From: a virus
Taxonomy: Duplodnaviria > Caudoviricetes
Virus record (IMG/VR): IMGVR_UViG_3300028048_000002
Coordinates: 32,001 to 96,000 of that record
Direction: 5' to 3' (one strand)
Length of the DNA: 64,000 nt
Below the pieces are notes generated by a model that made no database searches, was not told the DNA's origin, and saw only the letters and a list, made by a program, of their open reading frames with translations. Every line of letters begins with the position of its first letter. Within the stretch, counting starts at the first letter, position 1. Below, one piece after another: positions 50,090-59,565 of the stretch. Made by a program: the position numbers and the translations under genes.

Positions 50090-50839
50090 TCAATACTCTA
50101 CATCGTCATAAAAATCATTCAAACTATATTCATCATCGAAATAAATAGGTTCAGATGTTCCTGCAAACTTCTCACGCATATATTTAACTTCATCTATCAT
50201 ATCAGGTATTTCAAATGCATGATGAGATCCTACGGATTCAAAGCAAACGTCAAGTGCCGCATCTTTAATCTGAGATATATCTGTTGGATCATCATAATAA
50301 TCAGGATCTTCTATAAACGATTTAACTACATCCTTTAAGTATGCCCACGAATACAAATCCAATTCCTGTGTAGCTACTTCAATTACCTTATCTCCGAGTA
50401 AAGCGCAATATTCAGAATCCAAACCATCTGATTTAATGGTTTGAATAATCTTAGATTTTACATCTTTTGCTTCTTTAGAAGTTTCACCTACTCTATTTTT
50501 CTTTTCTTTAAGGTTTTCACGAAGCTCCTTCATCTGCTTCCAACTATATTTCGGATCTGCATATACCGAAACATCAAGACCCTTTTCGAGACCTTGATAA
50601 ATCATGAGCATCTGGTATTTATCATATTTTGGGTCTGCGTACCAAGATACGTCAACACCATTTTTGAGTCCTACAAAAATCTGAAGCATCTGGTCTGCAT
50701 TATATTTCGGGTCTGCATATATAGATACATCAACCCCCTCTTCGAGACCTCTACGGATCCAGCGCATCTGGTCATCATCAAAAACACCCATCTGTTCATA
50801 ATCTTCAATTGTTTTTGCAGCTTTGATATATCTTTTCAT
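50090..50839 (-). CDS. MKRYIK-leader protein with YADPKY repeats and a unique acidic C-domain
   Basis: 3 repeats. Confidence 0.7.
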   Translation of the reverse strand: MKRYIKAAKTIEDYEQMGVFDDDQMRWIRRGLEEGVDVSIYADPKYNADQMLQIFVGLKNGVDVSWYADPKYDKYQMLMIYQGLEKGLDVSVYADPKYSWKQMKELRENLKEKKNRVGETSKEAKDVKSKIIQTIKSDGLDSEYCALLGDKVIEVATQELDLYSWAYLKDVVKSFIEDPDYYDDPTDISQIKDAALDVCFESVGSHHAFEIPDMIDEVKYMREKFAGTSEPIYFDDEYSLNDFYDDVEY

Positions 50840-50974
50840 GTTTTGTCCTTTCATAAGATAACTTTGCTTATTTATTAAAGATTACTTCTCACACCTTCAT
50901 AATAAGCTAGTGTAGTTCCCTTCTCTTGAAGTTTTGATATTTATTACTACATACATATTATATAATATGTTACA

Positions 50975-52081
50975 ATGAAAGTTGGTGAGAACATGAAAAA
51001 ATGTCAATACTGTAATAAAAAATTTGAACCTAGAAATAATAGACAAAAATACTGTGAGGGTCCTCATATTAGAATCTGCCCTGTATGCAAGAACGAATAT
51101 TTAGAGAAAGACAATTGGCAACTTCAATTTCCACCACATGCTTGTTCTTATAAATGCAGGGGAATTCTACAGTCTCAAACTAAAGCTAACAAACCTAAGA
51201 AGAAAAGAAAGCTTATCCAACTATTAGAAGATAATCCTCAATATATAGATAAATTTGATTCAGCTAACATATTAAATAGAGGTAAACTAATATATGAACT
51301 TGAAAAACTTCTTCAAGATAACAACATTCAATATATGCTGCCTATCCATATTGAGAATGAAAGATATGACGTTTGGTTAAAAGCTTCGAATACTGTTTTA
51401 TTTGTAGCGGAGTTTTCAGAAGACATCAACCACAATCGTAATAAAGTAAAATTAGCAGAATCAAAAGGATACAATTGCTTCATTATCTACCCTTGGGATG
51501 ATTTAAATAAAATAGTTCAACAATTTAGACCAAAAGTGAAAGTTGATTTAGACAAATGTTCACTATTCAGACTGAATAGAAAACCTTCAAACGAGTTTTT
51601 AAATAATTATCATCTACAAAATTCATGTAGAAATCAATTATCGTTTTGGGGTATTGTTAGAGAGAATGAAATCCTTCAGATAATAACATTTGGTAAACCT
51701 AGATTTTCTAAAAATCACTCTATTGAGATAATGAGATATTGCACCAAACCTGAAATTAAAATTGACGGTAACTACATAAACTTGTTTTATGGAGTCCAAG
51801 CACTGCAATATTTGCAAAATGTAGTTGGATATGAACAAATTGGAAGGTTCCAGGATTTTAACTTCGAGCAACTTGGATTCATCTTACAAAAAACAACCCC
51901 ACCACAAGAAGTATGGTCAAAAGAAAACAAGCACATAACAGCTTCTTTGCTACGTGCTCGCGGATACGATCAATTATTTAGTACTAATTACGGGAAGGGT
52001 GTTAGTAATGAGATGTTGATGTTACAGAATGGTTGGTTACCTGTTTACGATTGTGGGCAGAAGGTTTTTGTATTTAGATAG
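50975..52081 (+). CDS. Hef-like free-standing homing endonuclease-related protein
   Basis: N-terminal Zn ribbons; FLNNYHLQ, ITFGKPRF, EIMRYC, VYDCGQKVF; the only sizeable plus-strand gene. Confidence 0.65.
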   Translation: MKVGENMKKCQYCNKKFEPRNNRQKYCEGPHIRICPVCKNEYLEKDNWQLQFPPHACSYKCRGILQSQTKANKPKKKRKLIQLLEDNPQYIDKFDSANILNRGKLIYELEKLLQDNNIQYMLPIHIENERYDVWLKASNTVLFVAEFSEDINHNRNKVKLAESKGYNCFIIYPWDDLNKIVQQFRPKVKVDLDKCSLFRLNRKPSNEFLNNYHLQNSCRNQLSFWGIVRENEILQIITFGKPRFSKNHSIEIMRYCTKPEIKIDGNYINLFYGVQALQYLQNVVGYEQIGRFQDFNFEQLGFILQKTTPPQEVWSKENKHITASLLRARGYDQLFSTNYGKGVSNEMLMLQNGWLPVYDCGQKVFVFR

Positions 52082-52113
52082 GATTAAATTTACAACAACC
52101 TTAATCCTATCTA
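52075..52113. terminator. Bidirectional terminator between convergent genes
   Basis: TAGATAGGATTAA / TTAATCCTATCTA. Confidence 0.6.
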
Positions 52114-52134
52114 TAAATGCATCTTTTTTTACTC

Positions 52135-52911
52135 CTACTCCTCAAATGCGTACTCGTTGAGAATATTCTCGAGATAAGCTCGATACTTCTTTTTGAACTC
52201 AGTTTTGTTTTTGGATTCAATGGCTATATCTATTGTTTCGTTGTTAAAGGTTTGGTAATCATAATTGGAAGCTAGTGTACTGTCATCTTCATTAGACAGG
52301 AACCAAATACCTCCTTGCCCGCCCTGTATTGAGGGTTCTAGCCAAATTCCGAGCGCGTTTTCAACTTCTTGTTGAATGGATTCAAGTTTTTCACCCGCCT
52401 CTGTTTGCTCATACAAGGGATCAATTCCGTCTTCAGCTTCACGTTGTAAGTTATTTACAAGTGATTTCCAGTTAATGCGTTTTGATTTACCTGCACCTTC
52501 TAATTCTTCACGGATTTGCTTCATCTGCTTATTATCATATTTCGGATCTGCATACTGGGAAACATCTAAACCTGAGGAGAGGCCGTAACGAATTTGCCTC
52601 ATCTGCTTCCAACTATATTTCGGATCTGCGTACACAGATACATCAAGACCTTTTTCAAGACCCTCACGGATCTCCCACATCTGCTCCCAATCGTATTTTG
52701 GGTCTGCGTACACAGATACATCGACACCGTCTTCAAGTCCTTGAAGAATCTGACCCATCTCCATAGATCCAAATTTCTTAGGGTCTGCGTACACAGATAC
52801 ATCAAGACCCTTTTCGAGACCATCACGAATCTTCTCCATCTGGTACCTATCAAACACACCCATGTTTTCATAATCTTCAATTGTTTTTGCGGATTTTATG
52901 TATCTTTTCAT
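52135..52911 (-). CDS. MKRYIK-leader protein: 4 YADPKY repeats plus 'EPS-Q-G-GG' domain
   Basis: MKRYIKSAKTIEDY..WKSLVNNLQREAEDGID. Confidence 0.72.
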   Translation of the reverse strand: MKRYIKSAKTIEDYENMGVFDRYQMEKIRDGLEKGLDVSVYADPKKFGSMEMGQILQGLEDGVDVSVYADPKYDWEQMWEIREGLEKGLDVSVYADPKYSWKQMRQIRYGLSSGLDVSQYADPKYDNKQMKQIREELEGAGKSKRINWKSLVNNLQREAEDGIDPLYEQTEAGEKLESIQQEVENALGIWLEPSIQGGQGGIWFLSNEDDSTLASNYDYQTFNNETIDIAIESKNKTEFKKKYRAYLENILNEYAFEE

Positions 52912-52965
52912 TTTTACCTCATATAAATGTCGAATCTTATACGAAATTTATACGCATATTTAAGA

Positions 52966-53127
52966 TTATTTTATCTGAATAACAACTTCATCTGGTTTAT
53001 CATATGGATAATTTGAATCAACCCAAACTGTTTCGATTACTTCTTCAATATTTAGCATATAGTCATCTACAACTCGTAAATTTGGATTAAATTCCTGCAG
53101 CTTTTCAATAAGGTCTTTGACTTTCAA
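52966..53127 (-). CDS. Small phage protein (53 aa; not in the ORF track)
   Basis: TTG start; MKVKDLIEKLQEFNPNLRVV. Confidence 0.45.
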   Translation of the reverse strand: MKVKDLIEKLQEFNPNLRVVDDYMLNIEEVIETVWVDSNYPYDKPDEVVIQIK

Positions 53128-53212
53128 TTTAAAGCCCTAATTCTTCAAGTGTTTGATAACAATCAGATGCATTTATATATCCATCTTTAGATAATTTAGC
53201 CATTCATAACGT

Positions 53213-53764
53213 CTACTTAGTCATTTTTTTAATCCAACCTTGTACTTGATCATCAATATCTTCAATTGCATCTAAATATGAATTATAGATTTTATTATTT
53301 ACAATAATTGTTTTAGCATAGGGGATTAAACTTTTTCCATGTGTAAATTTGAGTAATTCTGGTGATTTTAATTCTTCCTTTTTGTTCTTCTGCTGTTTTT
53401 TAGTTCTATGTGCTTTATGATTTGAAATTCTTAAACGTAATCTAAATTTTAAAACTATATTACCTGCATTATCTTTAGCTAAGAAATTATAGTAATATGA
53501 ATTATTTTCAGAAGTATCAAAATATGTAAGTTCTAATCCGTAATTATCTATCAACAAGTCTTCTACAGACTCAACAAAATCTTCATAATCAGCAAGAAGC
53601 TGCTCAGAAATTATCGCATCTTTATCTCCAGGAATTACTTCACCATCAGGAATATACAAACCTTTATAGCTAGCAGATAAAATTTCAAAATCTTGATAAG
53701 CTTGTATTACTACATCAATCTCTTTTATTTGAGTTTGTATATTAGATTTAATATATCTTTTCAT
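53213..53764 (-). CDS. MKRYIK-leader family protein
   Basis: MKRYIKSN; AAGGAGG RBS; LRISNH motif. Confidence 0.68.
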   Translation of the reverse strand: MKRYIKSNIQTQIKEIDVVIQAYQDFEILSASYKGLYIPDGEVIPGDKDAIISEQLLADYEDFVESVEDLLIDNYGLELTYFDTSENNSYYYNFLAKDNAGNIVLKFRLRLRISNHKAHRTKKQQKNKKEELKSPELLKFTHGKSLIPYAKTIIVNNKIYNSYLDAIEDIDDQVQGWIKKMTK

Positions 53765-53880
53765 CTTAACCTCCTTAGCGGTTTAGCAATTGATAGAAGT
53801 AATCTAGCATCTAAGGCTACTAGAAATCTGCGTCCAGACTGTCCTTCTATCAATTGTTATTAACGAAGATTGAGATTAAA

Positions 53881-54531
53881 TTAATATTTTTTAAATTCTG
53901 ATCTTAAATTACGGCGATACTCAGACAAATTCTTAGATTTTAATATTATATTCATCATAGTATATAACCATTCTTGATAATCTAGTTCATATAACGCTTC
54001 ACCATATTTATTCATTACTAGCATAACCCCTTCACCAGCTTGAGTGCTTCCTTCAAAGTATATCCCTAGATTATTTGCTTCTGTATTTATTATACCATTA
54101 AAATAATTAGCTTCTTCTGTATCATCATCTAAACCATAATCAGAATTTTCTAAGGCTTGAACCATTGTTATCCATTTACTTGATTTACTTTTATTTTTAT
54201 TTTCTAATGATAATTCTTTACTATCTTCTCTATTTTTCGCAGCACGATATGCATTCAATATATCTGAATATCCGCAACTATCATAAAAATTTTCGGATCT
54301 TTTATATACTTCAGGAAAATCTTGCATAAAAAGTTCTTTTGCAAGAGTTCGTTTACTAAACATAATTATATCATAGATGCTATCCTCTGAAATATTAGGA
54401 TATTCTCTAAGTATTTCTGATTCTAATGTTTCGAAGTCAGGAAAAGGCGTATCATAAAGTATATTATTTTTTACATATTTTTCAAGTCCTTCATATACAA
54501 AATTTTCTGAAGCTTTGATGTATCTTTTCAT
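53881..54531 (-). CDS. MKRYIK-leader protein with a diverged 'EPS-Q-G-GG' domain
   Basis: MKRYIKAS; LGIYFEGSTQAGEG..DYQEW..SKN. Confidence 0.68.
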   Translation of the reverse strand: MKRYIKASENFVYEGLEKYVKNNILYDTPFPDFETLESEILREYPNISEDSIYDIIMFSKRTLAKELFMQDFPEVYKRSENFYDSCGYSDILNAYRAAKNREDSKELSLENKNKSKSSKWITMVQALENSDYGLDDDTEEANYFNGIINTEANNLGIYFEGSTQAGEGVMLVMNKYGEALYELDYQEWLYTMMNIILKSKNLSEYRRNLRSEFKKY

Positions 54532-54534
54532 AAC

Positions 54535-55314
54535 TTACTCCTCAACTGCATATTCTTCGAGAATATTCTCGAGGTAAGCCTTATAACGTTTTTTATACTC
54601 AGTCTTATTTTTAGATTCAATAGCCATGTCTACCGTGTCTTCGTTGAAGGTTTGGTAATCGTAGTTGGAAACTAATGTGCTATCATCTTCACTCGATCGG
54701 AACCAGATGCCGCCCCTCCCAGCTTGTACTGAGGGTTCGAGCCAAATTCCGAGAGCATTTTCAACTTCTTGTTGGATTGATTCAAGTTTTGAACCCGCAT
54801 CTGTTTGCTTATACAGGGAATCAATTCCGTCTTCAGCTTCACGTTGTAAGTTATTTACAAGTGATTTCCAGTTAATGCGTTTTGATTTACCGGCACCTCC
54901 TGATTCGAGACCTTTACGGATTTCAAGCATCTGTTCCCAATCATATTTCGGATCTGCATACTGGGAAACATCTACACCTGAGAAGAGGCCATAAAGAATT
55001 TGCCTCATCTGTGATCTAGCATATTTCGGATCTGCATACCAGGAAACATCTACACCCATATTGAGGCCGGACCAAATTTCGTGCATCTGTTCATAATCGT
55101 ATTTCGGATCTGCATACACCGATACATCTAAACCCTTTTGAAGTCCATAACGAATTACCTTCATCTGTTCCCAGTCATATTTCGGATCTGTATACCAGGA
55201 AACATCTACACCGTCTTCAAGGCCTATACGGATTTCTCTCAGCTGCTTATCATCAAACACACCCATAGCTTCATAATCTTCAATGGTTTTTGATGCTTTA
55301 ATGTATCTTTTCAT
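54535..55314 (-). CDS. MKRYIK-leader protein: 4 repeats plus 'EPS-Q-G-GG' domain
   Basis: Close paralogue of 52135-52911. Confidence 0.72.
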   Translation of the reverse strand: MKRYIKASKTIEDYEAMGVFDDKQLREIRIGLEDGVDVSWYTDPKYDWEQMKVIRYGLQKGLDVSVYADPKYDYEQMHEIWSGLNMGVDVSWYADPKYARSQMRQILYGLFSGVDVSQYADPKYDWEQMLEIRKGLESGGAGKSKRINWKSLVNNLQREAEDGIDSLYKQTDAGSKLESIQQEVENALGIWLEPSVQAGRGGIWFRSSEDDSTLVSNYDYQTFNEDTVDMAIESKNKTEYKKRYKAYLENILEEYAVEE

Positions 55315-55380
55315 GTTTTTCCTTACTTACTTAATAGAAGGTATTTGTTTATGAATAAACTAACTACCTGTAAATGCATC

Positions 55381-55950
55381 TTAATATTGTCCATAACCTT
55401 CAAATACATCAGCTAAGTATGATTCAATATCATCTGGATACTCAATATTTGCTGCATCTAGCTTCTCAAGCATTTCATCAATACAAGCATCTTCAAATTC
55501 GTCATCCCATAAATCTGTAGTGTCATTAAGATATGAAATAACTTCGTCTTTATAGCGATTTACAAACTGCTCAACATCTTCTCCAGGCCAATCTTCATCT
55601 TCATCATCCGAAGCACAGATGTTAGTTGATGCAGAAACCCATGTAAACTGTTTCAATTGATCTATAATCGCTTGAGGATTAGAAATTTTACTTCTATTAG
55701 CATCTTCAAGTATATCGATATATTCTTCAAGTCTAGCGATCAAATTCTCAGATTCTGAAATACTATATCTAATCTTTCTCTTAATATCATCCTCAGCTTG
55801 ACGATATTTTTTCGGATCTGAAATTGTAATTAGATTTTCTAGCTCATCTATAATCCGCTGTCTAGATGCTGTATAATTTCTAGGAGCTGGATTATTATAA
55901 TATCTTCCATATGCACGACCAGAAGCTGATTTAATATATTTTTTCATCAT
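55381..55950 (-). CDS. MKRYIK-leader protein with a C-terminal 'NDTTDL' acidic domain
   Basis: MMKKYIKSAS; internal NICAS; KDEVISYLNDTTDL shared with 59566-60447. Confidence 0.65.
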   Translation of the reverse strand: MMKKYIKSASGRAYGRYYNNPAPRNYTASRQRIIDELENLITISDPKKYRQAEDDIKRKIRYSISESENLIARLEEYIDILEDANRSKISNPQAIIDQLKQFTWVSASTNICASDDEDEDWPGEDVEQFVNRYKDEVISYLNDTTDLWDDEFEDACIDEMLEKLDAANIEYPDDIESYLADVFEGYGQY

Positions 55951-56031
55951 TAAAATCTTCCTATCTTTTAACTGGTACATCTATAATTACATAAGGTTAC
56001 ATAGCTATATTCACATCTAGAAAACATCTTT

Positions 56032-56451
56032 CTAAAGTTTATATACATAGTGTCCGTTTTCATCTATTCGACCACGACGACGAAGTTCATCAATAGTAGA
56101 TTCATCTCCCCCTAAATCAAAAATCGCATCATCGATGTCAACATCACTCATACCTGAATCAATCCAGTCGTCTAATTGTGAGTCTACTATATCTACTATA
56201 AGAGACGATTCCGATTTATTTACAACATTCGAAAGTAAATGTGTCAGTTCTGCAATTATATTAATAAGTTGTTGTTTATTAACTCCTGTAAGAAATCCGT
56301 CAGGTCCTTCATCGCTTTCCTGCGCACCATTATCAATTAAGATTTCTTCGACTAACTGAGTATCGCAATATTGCATTGCATAGTCATAAACAAACATCAC
56401 AGCATCTTGTAAAGCCGAAATGCTTGAAGCAGCTTTAATATATCGTTTCAT
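56032..56451 (-). CDS. MKRYIK-leader family acidic protein
   Basis: MKRYIKAAS. Confidence 0.68.
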   Translation of the reverse strand: MKRYIKAASSISALQDAVMFVYDYAMQYCDTQLVEEILIDNGAQESDEGPDGFLTGVNKQQLINIIAELTHLLSNVVNKSESSLIVDIVDSQLDDWIDSGMSDVDIDDAIFDLGGDESTIDELRRRGRIDENGHYVYKL

Positions 56452-56568
56452 ATCTATCTTCTTTCTTACTACTTGAGCCTAGTCAAAAACTTCCGTTGAT
56501 TTAATATAAAGATTATAAATTATGAAATTACAACAATTATCACTTCTTATTATTTTTATATGTTGGAA

Positions 56569-57336
56569 TTAGATAAACGTTAATTCAATATTACCTGTAC
56601 CCGAAGATAATTTCAATACATAATTATCAGAATTAAATTTTTCTAGTATTGAAAGTACGTATTCTTTTATTTTTCTATTGTACCTTTTTGCTAAATGTTG
56701 ATTTTGACTGCCGAGATCTATATAACCTGTCCACGTTAATCTGAAATTATAATTATTTAATTGATCTATTTCTTCTGGTAAGAATACATTGTTGTAATTA
56801 ACAGCACTTAGAAGAGTTTTACCTGTATATGTTTTATCACCTGTAGGTATTTTCGGTCCACTTAAAATAAATTTGTTTTTATTCTTTTTAGTTACTAAGG
56901 ATTCATCAAAAGGCTTATCTGAAATAACGTTAAATATTTCTTCTAAAATATCTAACGCTTCTTCAAATTTATCATTTTTAGAATTTACTTTTAGATATTT
57001 TTGACGTAATAGTTGTCTTTTTCGATTAAACTCACTTCTAGACATATGACCTCTAGCAGTTGTTATGTATTCATAATTATCATAGTCAGCTAAACCAAAT
57101 TCAACTACACTATCATAGTCATAACCAGAATTTAAAGATTCTTCTAAATAAGCTTTTAAATCATCTACATATGCGTAATCTGCCCAAATATCTCCAAGGT
57201 CTTCGTCATTATATATTTCTATACCACCGTTTTTAATTGAAATTTTACATCCTTGGTCTCGTTTAAACTTGATCGCATCTTTAAATAACGTATCAATATA
57301 TTCATATTCAAATGATGCTTTAATGTATCGTTTCAT
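56569..57336 (-). CDS. MKRYIK-leader family protein
   Basis: MKRYIKAS start at 57336. Confidence 0.68.
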   Translation of the reverse strand: MKRYIKASFEYEYIDTLFKDAIKFKRDQGCKISIKNGGIEIYNDEDLGDIWADYAYVDDLKAYLEESLNSGYDYDSVVEFGLADYDNYEYITTARGHMSRSEFNRKRQLLRQKYLKVNSKNDKFEEALDILEEIFNVISDKPFDESLVTKKNKNKFILSGPKIPTGDKTYTGKTLLSAVNYNNVFLPEEIDQLNNYNFRLTWTGYIDLGSQNQHLAKRYNRKIKEYVLSILEKFNSDNYVLKLSSGTGNIELTFI

Positions 57337-57632
57337 TATTTCCACCAATCATCGCTATTTTGCTTTTTATTCCAGGCTTTCCAATCCTCTAGTTCTAATG
57401 CAGTCGTATTAGAAGGAATCCAGAAACCTTGAGATGTATATTTAAGCTTAGACCATTTATCTCCTAAATTAGCCCATAATGAACCATCGTTACTCTCATA
57501 TACTTGTAAATCATCATAATTCTTTCCCCAATAAGAAAACGATACAGTTTCATTTGTAGGTTGTAATTCAACTTCTTTATTACCATGAAATTGAGTTTTA
57601 ACTGTAATTGATGATCTTATGTATAGTTTCAT
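57336..57632 (-). CDS. MKRYIK-leader family protein
   Basis: MKLYIRSS start at 57632. Confidence 0.62.
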   Translation of the reverse strand: MKLYIRSSITVKTQFHGNKEVELQPTNETVSFSYWGKNYDDLQVYESNDGSLWANLGDKWSKLKYTSQGFWIPSNTTALELEDWKAWNKKQNSDDWWK

Positions 57633-57713
57633 ATGATTAATCATCTCTCTACTAAATCTAAAAGATGGTGTTCTCGAGCACCTAAGCTATTAGAAACCAC
57701 CAAAGATTATCTT

Positions 57714-58448
57714 TCACATCCTATCTGCGCGGGTGTTCCATGCAGTTATAGCTTCGGCTTCAGATGGATAATTGTCTATGAAATGCCCGTGGCTTTGTTC
57801 GCTCTGCAAATCCGATTCGCAGAAAACACCATAGACCTTACAATCATCGTCGTATTCGAGCACTTTCACGCTTGCTTCTCCCCCGCAGAAAGGACAAAGC
57901 TCCGTTACCTTCCTTCCACAGCCTAGCTCGGCGATTCTCGCAATCGCGTCATCTGATGTGTGTCCGTCCCATTCGGGCGCGTACTCACGCTCCTTGCAGT
58001 CGAACATCTCCCAGTACGGGTCGAGGTCGTAGTGGTACGTGGCCTGGCCTTTCGGAGTATCGATACCGACTATGAACATGCCGTCGTACATCGTGCCGTC
58101 GTGGTGCTTGAGAGCTTTCCACGCAAGCTCTCTATGGTCGCGTACAATCACACTGAACAGCACCGCCCTGTGATGGTACAGCTCGTTGAACGTGTGGTAT
58201 CCGTCACTCGTGTTACCGTTGATTTCGCTCCCCAGCGTCGCGGCTATGGCCTGCTCGGGCGTGACCGCCATTATCAGCTTCGCGCTAGGTGTGAGCTGCA
58301 TGGCTGTGAAGCCGTTCCAGCTCGTCTCGCACGCGCCCATGTGGTCGTTCGTCGTGTACTCGATGCCGCGCTCTGTTAGCTTGGCACGCAGCTCGGTCGT
58401 TCGGTTGTCGATCATCGCGCTACCTCTCAATAAATAACAACAGTCCAA
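57714..58448 (-). CDS. High-GC fusion protein: WDGH-type domain plus Lar-like (restriction alleviation) zinc domain
   Basis: SDGYHTFNELYHHR..WDGHT; LCPFCGGEA..EAITAWNTR. Confidence 0.6.
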   Translation of the reverse strand: MDCCYLLRGSAMIDNRTTELRAKLTERGIEYTTNDHMGACETSWNGFTAMQLTPSAKLIMAVTPEQAIAATLGSEINGNTSDGYHTFNELYHHRAVLFSVIVRDHRELAWKALKHHDGTMYDGMFIVGIDTPKGQATYHYDLDPYWEMFDCKEREYAPEWDGHTSDDAIARIAELGCGRKVTELCPFCGGEASVKVLEYDDDCKVYGVFCESDLQSEQSHGHFIDNYPSEAEAITAWNTRADRM

Positions 58449-58495
58449 TAAAGTTCAAAGCGCATATCAACAAAGCGATGATTATTGCGATCGCG

Positions 58496-58729
58496 CTAGG
58501 CTTCGCACACTTCTATGTCTATTACGCGTGTATTCCATTTCTTTGCAGCTGCTTCAATAGCGTCTACGGGTGTCTTATATCCACATCTGCTTGTTTCAAG
58601 ATTGAAATTACATTCTGGACAATGTGTGTATGCTGACCACGATTCATCACCTAACACATTTGTCCATCGTTTTGGCAAAGGTTCCCCTACTTCGTTTCCA
58701 CAAAACGGACACGGTTTCAGCTCGATCAT
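58496..58729 (-). CDS. Lar-family restriction-alleviation-like protein
   Basis: LKPCPFCG..CPEC..AAKKWNTR. Confidence 0.65.
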   Translation of the reverse strand: MIELKPCPFCGNEVGEPLPKRWTNVLGDESWSAYTHCPECNFNLETSRCGYKTPVDAIEAAAKKWNTRVIDIEVCEA

Positions 58730-58792
58730 TCGCTCTCTTCTTTCACCTCGACCTCAAAAGAATTCGCGTTATATTTACTTACCCATTTTTCC

Positions 58793-59563
58793 TTACAGTC
58801 TACATAAATTCGTAAGATAACTCTCGTAGCTTGATTTGAATTCAGCTTCATTTGAAGCGTTTGCGGCTAAATAAAAGATGTCATTGTTGAAATCATTATA
58901 ATCATAATCTTCCACCAAAGCTTCATCAGTAGAATTATCCCAAATCCAAACGCTACCGACTCCAGCTTGAACTGAGGGCTCTACGTAAATATCGAGTCTT
59001 TCTTCTACTTGCTTACATAAGCTGTTTAAATACCTTCCAGCTTCTGTTTGTTCATATAAAGAATCAATACCGCTTTCAGCTTCACTTTCTAACTTATCGA
59101 AGAGTGATTTCCAGATGGGTGTTGATTTTTTCTGAGGCTTGAGCAAACCCTGCAGCTCCCAACGAATTTGCTGCATCTGCGACCAACTATATTTCGGATC
59201 TGTATATAAAGATACGTCAACACCGGATTCGAGACCTTTGCGAATTTGCTCCATCTGATGGTCATCATATTCCGGATCTGCATATTGGAAAACATCTATA
59301 CCGGATTCGAGGCCTCTACGAATTTCCCTCATCTGCGACCAACCATATTTTGGATCTGCGTACTCAGATACGTCAATACCGGATTCGAGGCCGCGACGGA
59401 TTTCAATCATCTGCGACCAATCATATTTCTTTGGATCTGCGTACACAGACACATCAACACCGTTTTTGAATCCTTCACGAATCTGATCCATCTGATTTCT
59501 GTCAAAAACACCCATATTTTCGTAATCTTCAAGGGTTTTTGATGATTTTATATATCTTTTCAT
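58793..59563 (-). CDS. MKRYIK-leader protein: 4 repeats plus 'EPS-Q-G-GG' domain
   Basis: MKRYIKSSKTLEDY..EPSVQAGVG. Confidence 0.72.
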   Translation of the reverse strand: MKRYIKSSKTLEDYENMGVFDRNQMDQIREGFKNGVDVSVYADPKKYDWSQMIEIRRGLESGIDVSEYADPKYGWSQMREIRRGLESGIDVFQYADPEYDDHQMEQIRKGLESGVDVSLYTDPKYSWSQMQQIRWELQGLLKPQKKSTPIWKSLFDKLESEAESGIDSLYEQTEAGRYLNSLCKQVEERLDIYVEPSVQAGVGSVWIWDNSTDEALVEDYDYNDFNNDIFYLAANASNEAEFKSSYESYLTNLCRL

Positions 59564-59565
59564 AA

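Noticed and set aside
44595-52081. Group I introns hosting the endonuclease genes
   Set aside because: No interrupted host gene flanks either ORF; both appear free-standing.
53787-53856. Hammerhead ribozyme
   Set aside because: The CUGANGA core is absent on both strands.
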